Positions 1 to 9,600 of a stretch of DNA of 33,469 nt are shown here, piece after piece (position 1 is the first letter of the stretch; each line of letters begins with the position of its first letter). The notes beneath the pieces were generated by a model. The model was not told the origin of the DNA. It saw only the letters and a list, made by a program, of their open reading frames with translations, and searched no databases. The position numbers were made by a program, and so were the translations under genes. The stretch covers positions 1 through 33,469 of the forward strand of contig JAJCYU010000205.1 of the NCBI GenBank assembly GCA_029262755.1, written 5' to 3'. The stretch is from Anaerolineae bacterium. Its GTDB lineage: Bacteria > Chloroflexota > Anaerolineae > Epilineales > Epilineaceae.

Positions 1-1
1 G

Positions 2-3000
2 GTGGTTCAGATCATCGAGAACACGGCCGAGGTACGGGCGACGACCTTCGACCCGTGCCTGGACAACAATACGGACACGGAGCCCCCGACGGTCAACCGC
101 CAGTCGGCGGTCACGTTCGTGAAGGTGGACGATCCGGACCCGGTGACCGCCGGTTCGGAGCTTCGCTACCGCGTGACCTTCGGCAACGACGGGCCGAGCA
201 CGGCGACCAACGTCTCCGTCACGGACCTGCTGCCCGCGGGCCTGAGCTTCGTGCGCTGCGAGCCGCAGACGCCGGGCAACCAGGTGACGTGTACGGCAGC
301 CGGACAGACCGTGACCCTGCGCGAGATCCAATCGGGTGGCCCCGTGGTGTGGAACGACACGCCGGGTACACCGCTGAACGACCTGGATCCGGGCGAGACC
401 TACACCTTTGACCTCATCGCCTTGGTCGATTCGGGCTACGTGCTCGACGGGCTGGGCGACACCGGTCCCGGTGAGGCCTGTGAGGGCCTGTTCGCGGCCA
501 CGGGCTACCCGCACTTCGCGCACAACAGCGTGACGATCACGGCGGCGACGTCGGCCGACACGCACGACGAGTGCACGCGGGTCAACGGCCTGGCCGACCT
601 GGAGATCACGAAGACCGACATCTTCGGGGATCCGATCCTGAACCCCGACAACTACTTCCTGCAATGCGACCCCGTCGAGCCGGGCGGGATGATCACCTAC
701 AACCTCACCGTGACGAACAACGGGCCCTCCGACGCGGCGCAGGTCGTGGTGATGGACTGGCTGCCCGAAATGTTCGTGGCGGTCGATCCGGCGCAGGTGA
801 TGGTTGAGATCGCCGGCGGCGCGGGCTTCGTCGAGGAGATCCGCGATACCGGCAAGATCACGCTGGTGATCGGCAACGATGACGGGTTGTTCGGACGGCT
901 GAACGTGGGCAACAGCGTGGTGGTGACGATCCGCGTGATGGTCCGCCAGGACGCGCTGTGCGGTGGAATCGCGGTCAACCAGGCGATGGTGACCACGCGC
1001 GCCCTGATGGGGCCGCCTCCGATCACGAGCCCGACGGCGGATCCGGACCTGACGAACAACCAGGATTCGGAAGAGACGACCATCGAGTGCCCGGCGGTGA
1101 CCATCAACAAGACCGTGTCCTACGACGGGCAGTGCCCCGGCGTGGACTTCACGACCACGAACCGCCTGAGCGCGGGCGCGACCTTCTGCTACGAGATCAC
1201 CAACAGCGGAACGACCTTCCTCGACGAGATCCGGATCACCGATACGCTGCGCTCGCGAAGCGAGATGTGGCCGACGGTGATCTTCACCGACGTGATTCGC
1301 TTCGCGACCGATCCGAAGATCCCGGTGCCGCCGGGCGCAACGCTGAACCGCACGTTCACGGTGCCGCCGCTGAACAAGGAATGCGGCAACGTGGTCAACG
1401 AGGTCTTCGTCACGGCCAACCCGGTCAACTCCGGCCGCACGGATCTACCGTGCCTGGAGCTGGTGGAGGCTGAGGATTCGGCGACGATCGAGGTTCCGTG
1501 CGCGGGTGTGGACTTCCGGCTGCAGCTGCCGGTGCTGGACACCGAAGAGTGCGAGACCTGGGTGCAGGTGCAGAACGTCGGCGACCGCGAGACGATGGCG
1601 ATGCTGGTGGTCTGGGGCGACTCGGGCTTCTGTCCGCCGCAGGCGGCGGGCCCGCTGAAGGCGGAGTGCTCGGGTCTACTGCGACCGGGTAGTGCATGGA
1701 GCTTCTTGGCCAACCAGATCCCAACGGGTTCGCGCAGTGGTGTGGTGTACTCGCTGGCCACGGACCGGGTGACAAGCCCGGGCGGCGGCCGTCTGCCCTT
1801 CGGGCGCATCGTGTGCGAGGAGTTCTTCTTCGGCGTGATCGGAGACGACTTCGCGTGGGCGGAGTTCGACAGCGCCTACCGTGAGCGCCTGACGTGGGAG
1901 GGGCTGGACTTCAGCACCTATCACGGCGAGCCGCTTGCGGTTACGGTCAACCGGGCGTGCCCGGATCCGGCCGATCCGAACCTGACGATCAACGCGGCCT
2001 ACACGGGCGTCTCCAGTGACATGGAGGGCGCGCGGGATCCGCGGGCCGGCGGCTTCGCGTTCTTCGCGCCGCTGGTGTTCGCGGGTGTCAACGATATGAA
2101 CTCCACAATCTGCATCCAGAACTCCGGCACCGAGTGCAGCTCGCTCGAGTTGTGGTTCAAGGGGCAGGACAACTGCATGCGCCCGACCTTGGCCGATGTG
2201 CTGAGCCTGGCGCCGGGCGAGTCGATCTGCTTCGACCCGAGCACGGTGGTCGGGCCGGATTGGTTGGGCTCGGCGTGGATTCGCGCCAGCCAGCCGATGG
2301 GCATCGTGGTGGACACGAAGGCGCCCAACCACTTTACGAGCTACAACGGCTTCGCGGCAGACATCCACGACTACGGCTTCACGGTCGGCAACATGATCAG
2401 CTACCTGCCGTTGATCTACTCGGAGTACCAGGGCTGGGACACGGCGATCCAGGTGCAGAACCTGAGCGCGGTGACGGCGGCCAAGGTGAAGGTCTACTTC
2501 CAGGACCGTGCGGGCGGCGTCATCACGACGCTCGTGGACTGGGTGTGCCCCTTCGGCTCGCAGACCTTCTTCCTGCCGGTGCTTTCGGCCTTGCCGGGCA
2601 ACTGGGTAGGCAGCGCGCGGGTCGAGAGCCAGGAATGGTGGTCGCCCGGTCAGCCGCTTGTAGAGCCGCCGCGCATCGCGGCGGTGGCGATGATGGAGAA
2701 GTGGGCGGACCCGGCGCGCACGATGCGGCGCGAGGCCGTGGCCTACAACGGCCAGCCGGAGTGCCTGCTGTTCGATTGGCAGATCGCAACGGGCACGAAG
2801 GGCGGTCTGACGTCGGGTTCGGCGGTCTTCGCTGTGCCGCTGGTGGCCAAGGGCAACCGCGGCATCACCAGCGAGATCGGGATCACGAACCTGGTGCCCA
2901 AGCCGGGCTTCACGGACTTCGCGATCTACTTCTACGACCAGAACGGCCTACTGGACTTCGTGTGCCAGAAGCTGTCCGAGAAGCAGGTCGAGTACCTGGA

Positions 3001-3277
3001 CCTCAACACCTGGGGCTTCATCCACAACGGCTACCTGGGCTCGATGGTGGTCTCGGCCGTCTTCTGGGAGCACCCGGTCTTTGACGACCGAGGCGTCTTC
3101 GAGCGCAACCTGGTTGGTCTGGGCGGCGTGGCCGTCGAGCGCGTCGGCGGCGTACAGGGCGCGGACGACGTGCCGGGCGATGAGTCGAAGGCCTTCGAGG
3201 CCTTCCCGATCTTCGATCACTTCACGCCGGAGGAAGAGCCCAACTGTCCGGGCGTGCCGCGCCAGCTGCGGCCGTAG
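2..3277 (+). CDS. 5'-truncated giant surface protein: DUF11-type repeats plus conserved four-repeat Cys-rich C-terminal block; paralog of 3621..10232
   Basis: Open frame from the window edge with strong G/C third positions. DUF11-like motifs YRVTFGNDGPSTATNVSVTDLLPAG and ADLEITK...YNLTVTNNGPSDA...DPDLTNN. Collinear similarity to the downstream gene from DPCLDNN to the C-terminal PNCPG. Confidence 0.85.
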   Translation: MVQIIENTAEVRATTFDPCLDNNTDTEPPTVNRQSAVTFVKVDDPDPVTAGSELRYRVTFGNDGPSTATNVSVTDLLPAGLSFVRCEPQTPGNQVTCTAAGQTVTLREIQSGGPVVWNDTPGTPLNDLDPGETYTFDLIALVDSGYVLDGLGDTGPGEACEGLFAATGYPHFAHNSVTITAATSADTHDECTRVNGLADLEITKTDIFGDPILNPDNYFLQCDPVEPGGMITYNLTVTNNGPSDAAQVVVMDWLPEMFVAVDPAQVMVEIAGGAGFVEEIRDTGKITLVIGNDDGLFGRLNVGNSVVVTIRVMVRQDALCGGIAVNQAMVTTRALMGPPPITSPTADPDLTNNQDSEETTIECPAVTINKTVSYDGQCPGVDFTTTNRLSAGATFCYEITNSGTTFLDEIRITDTLRSRSEMWPTVIFTDVIRFATDPKIPVPPGATLNRTFTVPPLNKECGNVVNEVFVTANPVNSGRTDLPCLELVEAEDSATIEVPCAGVDFRLQLPVLDTEECETWVQVQNVGDRETMAMLVVWGDSGFCPPQAAGPLKAECSGLLRPGSAWSFLANQIPTGSRSGVVYSLATDRVTSPGGGRLPFGRIVCEEFFFGVIGDDFAWAEFDSAYRERLTWEGLDFSTYHGEPLAVTVNRACPDPADPNLTINAAYTGVSSDMEGARDPRAGGFAFFAPLVFAGVNDMNSTICIQNSGTECSSLELWFKGQDNCMRPTLADVLSLAPGESICFDPSTVVGPDWLGSAWIRASQPMGIVVDTKAPNHFTSYNGFAADIHDYGFTVGNMISYLPLIYSEYQGWDTAIQVQNLSAVTAAKVKVYFQDRAGGVITTLVDWVCPFGSQTFFLPVLSALPGNWVGSARVESQEWWSPGQPLVEPPRIAAVAMMEKWADPARTMRREAVAYNGQPECLLFDWQIATGTKGGLTSGSAVFAVPLVAKGNRGITSEIGITNLVPKPGFTDFAIYFYDQNGLLDFVCQKLSEKQVEYLDLNTWGFIHNGYLGSMVVSAVFWEHPVFDDRGVFERNLVGLGGVAVERVGGVQGADDVPGDESKAFEAFPIFDHFTPEEEPNCPGVPRQLRP

Positions 3278-3370
3278 TCTGTACGTCCGCTTGATTCACT
3301 AGACCCCATCGCGGGGCCGGCTCACCTGGGGGGGAGAGCCGGACCCGATCGCGCACGAGCACGCGCGAGC

Positions 3371-3414
3371 AACGCACGCGGCCCCGGCGATTCGTCGCCG
3401 GGGCCGCGTGCGTT
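3371..3414 (+). terminator. Perfect 20-bp inverted repeat hairpin (terminator or mRNA stabiliser) between the two paralogs
   Basis: AACGCACGCGGCCCCGGCGA-TTCG-TCGCCGGGGCCGCGTGCGTT, followed by only a short T run. Confidence 0.7.
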
Positions 3415-3620
3415 TGCACCGGCGGCGTCGGAGCGCCGGTTACGCCTGGCAGGACGGGCCGTTTCCCTTCCTACGGAAAGGCAGACTCACAACCTCTTCA
3501 GGAATTCCTCACCGAACCCGTATCTTCGAGGGCCTCGGATTCGTTTCACACCATTGACGGAACCCGCCTGTCGCGGAATTCCCCTGCGTCGCGAATTATT
3601 CTCACTTGAGAGGATGCTCC

Positions 3621-6600
3621 ATGTTGAAGACACCCGGGCCACGCACTGACGGCGCCCCTCGATGGCTTATGTTTGCCCTAGCGGCGCTTCTGGCTGTAGT
3701 CGCGATTCCAGTGTTTGGATCCGGGACCGCGCATGCGCAGGATGTCGTCGTGGACTTCGAGGTCGATCCACCGATCTCCGCAATCGCGGGCGACACGCCG
3801 TTCTTTGGCTCCCTGACGACCTTCAGCTTCGATGTGGAGGTCTTCAACGACAGCGAAGACGATGCGGAGGACGTGGTTTTCGAGTTCTTCGTGCCGAAGC
3901 ACACCTTTGTGACCGCGATTACCTTTGGTGGCGATCCGCTGAATTGTCAGGCCGGCACACCGGGTGACTCTAACAACCCGGCGAACTGTCGCCTTGGGAC
4001 GCTGAACGAGGGCGACGACCCCATCATCGTCCACATTGAATTGAACGTGAACGCCGATACGCCCGAACTAACCTGGCTCGATATTGACGTCCAGGCTTGC
4101 TACGAGGACGACGACAGCGATGGCGCGCCCCAGACCAGCTGCGACGGCGACGAGTTCCCGTCTGACAACGAGGCGCACGCCTTCACGTTTGTCAGAACGG
4201 CGGCCGATCTGAACATCGTGAAGTCGCACACCCCGGCAGGCTCAACGCTCAACGCCGGCGAAGACATCGACTATGTGTCCACCGTCACCAACAGCGGTCC
4301 CAGCGTGGCGCGGGGTATGTTCTTCACGGATACGCTGCCCCCGGGCGTGATCTTTCAGGGAGTCGAGGTCTACGATCAGCACGGATCGCGTTTGCCGCTC
4401 GGCGGCGATTTGAACTGCGGCTTCCAGAGTACACAGGGTCCCTCCGGAACGGTGTGGTGCGAGTTGGGCGATCTGCCGCCCGGGCAGCCGATTCAGGCGC
4501 AGTTGCGCATCGTGATCTCGGCGCAGATTGCGCCCAGCGCGCCGGCCGGCTTCATCTGCAACACCTCAAGCGTCCGTTCGCTGCAAACCACAAATTTTAC
4601 GGCCGACACTGATTTCGCGCCCTTCGCGGGGGACCTCAGCAACCCGGACTGCGTTACCTTGAGGGATCGTGCGCAAGTCGTGATCCGCAAGAGTTCCTCG
4701 CCACTGCACCCTGTGGCGGGCGAAACATTCTTGTGGAGCTACGAGATCGAGAATCTGGGACCGACCGACGCGCGCGACGTGCTATTCACGGACACCTTGC
4801 CGCAGGGCCTGGCAGCCGACGGCAGCACCGTCTACTTCGACTACATCGATGACCAGGCACATGCCTTCTGCAGCGAGGTCTCCTCCTCGCCGTCGGTCAT
4901 CAATTGTCGACCTACGGGCAGTCCGTTTACCGCGCCACCCTACGTCCTTCCGGCAGGCGAGACGGTGACCTTCAGCGTTCTCGTGCGGATTCCCGCGGAG
5001 CTCGTGCCGGGAACGTACACGAATACGGGCAGCGTCGCGATCGACAACAGCACCTTCACGATCACCACCTTCAGCGACGATATCGAGGTGCGCAGCGTCG
5101 CGGACCTCAAGGTCCAGAAGTTCGTCAGCCCGCACAACCCCGTACGCGCCGGCGAGCAGTTCACCTACACGATCCTCGTGGACAACCTCGGTCCCTCCAC
5201 AGCCTACAACATCGTGGTGACGGACACCCTGATCAGCAGCGGCTTAGTGCGTGCCAATGGGTGCTCGCTCGCCATCCGTACGTCCGGCGGTTCCATCGAC
5301 GAGTTCAGCTGCAACTTCGCGCTGTCCACGGGAGTCTTCGACTTCGCTACGATGGGCGCCAACCATCTCAACCCGCGTTCTACCACGGACATGGGCCGAG
5401 CGATCATCACGATCAACGCAACGGCGGACCAGCCCATCGATCTGACCAACACGGTCACGGTGCGCAGCGATTCCTTCGACCCAGACCTAGCCAACAACAT
5501 GGCGATGGTTGCTCACAGCGTAAGCGCGGTGAGCGACATCGCCGTGACGAAGACGGCGATGGGCGAAATCGTGGATCCGGCCTGCGGTACGGCATGGATC
5601 TTCGACCCGAACGATCCGGGAGTTTTCCCTGCTCCCGGATTCGTGGCGTCGCCGACGAACGTGACGGCAGGACGGCGGATCAGCTACACGCTGACCGTGA
5701 CGAACAACGGTCCGAGTCACGCCGAAAACGTGGTGCTCAGCGACCGGCTGCCTGCGGGCGTGACCGTCGTGCCGGGCAGCCTGGTGGCATCGCAGGGCAG
5801 CTGCCAGACGGGCACGCCCGGCGATCCCGACGACCGGTTGACCTGCGGCATCGGGTATCTGCCTGCCGGCGATTCGGCCACGGTGACCTTCAATGTTGTG
5901 ACCGACAACGATCTGGCGCCCGCCATGGTGCTGGAGAACGACGTCTTCGCCTCGGCCGACCAATTCGATGACGACAACGCTAACAACTACGCCTTTACGC
6001 AGACGATCGTGAACACCTGGGCCGATACCGAGATCACGAAGATCTCCGTGGGCGACAACATCACGGGCTACGACGCGACGACGATGCGCCCGATCCACAC
6101 GGACGTGGCCGGCCAGGCGACGGCCGGCCTGGAGTTGCGCTACGAGCTGACGGTGCAGAATCGTGGGCCGAGCGTGGTGCGCAACGCGCAGGTGCTCGAT
6201 CTCCTGCCGGGGCAGCAGGACACAGGGCTCGACCATGATCCCGTGACCTTCCTTCGCGCAGACGGCGCCTATTGCCGGCCGGCCGACGAGCTGCAGGAGT
6301 TCGGCGTCTTCGGCGCCGGCGGCGGTAAGTTCGGCCAGGTGCTGTGGTGCAACCTGGGCGACCTGGCCCCCGGTGAGCGGGTGACCTTTGACATATACGT
6401 GAGCGTGGATCCCAGTGTGCCCGACGCGACAACCCTGACCAACGGGGCCTTCGTATGGTGGGGCGCATCGAGCCCACCGGCGCAGCCCGGAGGCTTCCTC
6501 GGCTTCCCCTTCCCGCAGATTCCGCCCTTCTCGCCGATCACGGATGATCCGTGTCTGGATAACAACTACTTCGAAACGGACACGCTCATCAACGCCGTGG

Positions 6601-9600
6601 CTGACGTCGGCGGTCCTATCCCGGGTCTCGGCGAGAGCAGCGTGCGCAAGATGGACGTCCCGGCGGAGGATCGGCTGGACCGGCCCTTCGAGCCGGACCT
6701 GGCGATTGCCGGTGACGAGCACCGTTACGAGATCACGATCGGCAACGCGGGTCCTTCGGACGCGCAGGGGCTGACCGTGATCGACACGCTGGACTTCAAG
6801 CAGGCCGGCATCGCGGGCGAGACCTTCCTGCGCTGCGAGCCGCTTGATCCGGATGACGAGGTGACGTGTATTCCGGGCCCGGGTCCGAACCAGATCACGG
6901 TGCAGGAGTTGATCGTCCAGAACGAGCCGATCATCACCGGCGGCGTCGGCGTATTGCCGTCGATGAGCTTCTTCCAGTTCTACCTGATCACCGAGGTCGA
7001 CTCAGGCTACGTGCTTGATGCGGACGACACCGGCACGGCCAACGGCCTGGTCGCGCAGAACCAGATCGATGCGACGGCGACCACGACAGACTTCAACCTG
7101 GCCAACAACACGGACCGCGAGATCACGGAGATCATCGCTGAGGCCGACCTGCGCGTGACGCTGGTCGACGACGCGGCGGGCTTCATGGCCTGCGATCCGG
7201 TCGAGCCGGGCGGTACGATCTTCTACGAAGCAACCGTGTATAACGACGGTCCCTCCGACGCGCGTGCGGTGATCCTCGAGATCCAGTTGCCCACCGGCGG
7301 TGTTGCGCTCGATCCCGATCAGGTGATGGTCGTGGCCGGCAACGGCGCGGTGATCGAAGTGCGCGACGATGGCCGGATCTTGGTCGCGGTCGGCAACGAT
7401 CCGAACAACGAGGGCGTCAACGAGCTGGCACGGCTGAACGCCGGCAACTTCGACACGATTCAGATCGAGGCGATGGTGACCGCGGACGCGGTCTGCGGCG
7501 AGGATATTGCCGCCACCGCGACCGTGCGTACGACGCGCAGCTACTTCGCGCCCTTGACCGGTGCGAGTGAGGTGCCGCCGGTAGTCACCGGTGCCGTGGG
7601 CCGCTCCTGGTTCTTCTTGGACGAGAGCAGCCTGGAGTTGCTCTACTTCATCGACGTCGCGAATATCGACAACATCGTGGCGGCCCATATCCACCGCGGC
7701 ATGGTGGGCATGAACGGCCCCGTGGTCTTCACGCTCTACGGCGGCGCGCCGCCGCCCTTCGGCCCGGGCAACCCCATCGGGGGCGTTGTTCAGCTCTCGG
7801 CGGGCGATGTGGCGGACCTGGACGCGCAGCGCTTCTACGTCAACGTCCACACCACGGACGTGCCCTCCGGCGAGATCCGCGGCCAGATCGCGCTCGACCC
7901 GGCGGCGCCGACGCCATACGCGCCCGGCATTGGGCTGGGCCCGCGGACACCGACCCTGGACCCGAACCCGTTGAACAACACGGATGCGGAGACGACGACG
8001 GTCGTGTGCCCGGCGATTGCGGTACGCAAGACGGTAAGCTTCGACGGGCAGTGCCCGGGCGTAGACCTTTCCACCGTTGTGAACCAGACGGGTCAGGCCG
8101 TGACGTATTGCTACGAGATTAGCAACACCGGCACGACCTTCCTCGACACGATCCTGCTGACGGACACGCTGACCACGCGCACCACGATGGCGACGGTGAT
8201 CTTCACCGACGTGATCACGGCGGGTCCGGTTGATCCGAAGCTGCCGCTTGGGCCGGGCGAGACGGTGCTCAGCCAGGTTACGGTTCCGCACGTGACAAAG
8301 GAATGCGGCACGGCGACGGACGTGGTCGATGTAACGGCGGTTGCTGTGAACTCCGGCCGCACGTTGATGCCGTGCATCAACGGCGCGACTGCGCAGGACA
8401 CGGCGCTCATCGAGATTCCGTGCGACGGAGTCGGCCACCGGCTGCAGTTGCCGGTCGTGGGCGGCGAGAATTGCGACACGTGGATTCAGGTACAGAACGT
8501 GGGCAACCGCGACACGAAGGCGATGCTCGTCTTCTGGGGCGAGCCGGGCGCGTGTCCGCCGCAGGCGGCGGGTCCGCTGAAGGTGGAGTGCTCGGGCCTG
8601 CTTGCGCCGGGAACGGCGTGGAGCTTCGCGGCGAACCAGATTCCGGCCGGCGCCAACAGCGGTATGGTGTACACGCTGCCGACGGACAAGGTCGTGGACT
8701 ACTTGGGTCAGCGGCTTTCCTTCGCGGACCTGGCCTGCATGCGCCTCTTCGACATGATCGTGGGCAGCCACGAGTGGTGGTACCGCTTCGACACGGCCTA
8801 CCGGGCGCAGGAGAAGTTCTACGGCCCCTTCGGCCCGAGCGGAGAGCAGCTGGTGCTGGACTTTGAGACCTACTTGGGTGAGCCGTTGGCCGCGACGGTG
8901 AACCGGGCATGCCCGGATCCCACCGATCCGAACGTAGTTGTGCACGCGGCCTATCGCGGTGTCTCGGCAGACGAAGAAGGTGCGCGTGATCCGGTCTACT
9001 CGGGCTACACGTACTACGCACCGTTGGTCTTCGCCGGACGTGGAGAGCTGAACTCGACGTTGTATATCCACAACTCGGGCGACGAGTGCACGAGCCTGGA
9101 ACTCTGGTTCTCGGCACAGGACAACTGCCTGCGCAGCATCTTGGGCGATGTACTGAGCCTGGCGCCGGGCGAGACGGTGACCTTCGATCCGAATACGGTG
9201 ATCGGTCCGGACTGGCTGGGCTCGGCGTGGATTCGCGCGTCGCAGCCGCTGGGCTTGATCGTGGATTCGATGGCGCCGAACCACTTCACGAGCTACGCGG
9301 GCGTGCCCGCGGATGTGTATGACCTCGGCTTCAGCCTGGGCAACCAGATCAACTTCGCACCGCTGATCTACAGCGAGTATCAGGGCTGGGACTCGGTGCT
9401 GCAGGTGCAGAACATGAGCGGCGTGAACGCGGCCAAGGTCAAGGTCTACTTCCTGGACCGCAGCGGTGACGTGATCACGACGTTGGTGGACTGGGTCTGC
9501 CCGCGCGGCAGCCAGACCTTCGTGCTACCGGTGATCGGCGCGCTGCCGGGCAACTGGGTAGGAAGCGCCCGAGCGGAGAGCCAGGAATGGTGGACGCCGG

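Noticed and set aside
3497..3600. Promoter candidates for the giant gene (TTGACG at 3554, TATCTT at 3521, GGAATTCC twice)
   Set aside because: No convincing -35/-10 pair at the correct spacing.
7002..9284. 760-aa antisense ORF, and many similar overlapping ORFs (e.g. 5487..6722, 10600..11640, 12764..13774, 18296..19543)
   Set aside because: Shadow frames of well-supported genes. Stop codons are scarce in high-GC3 DNA, and the translations show no recognisable motifs.
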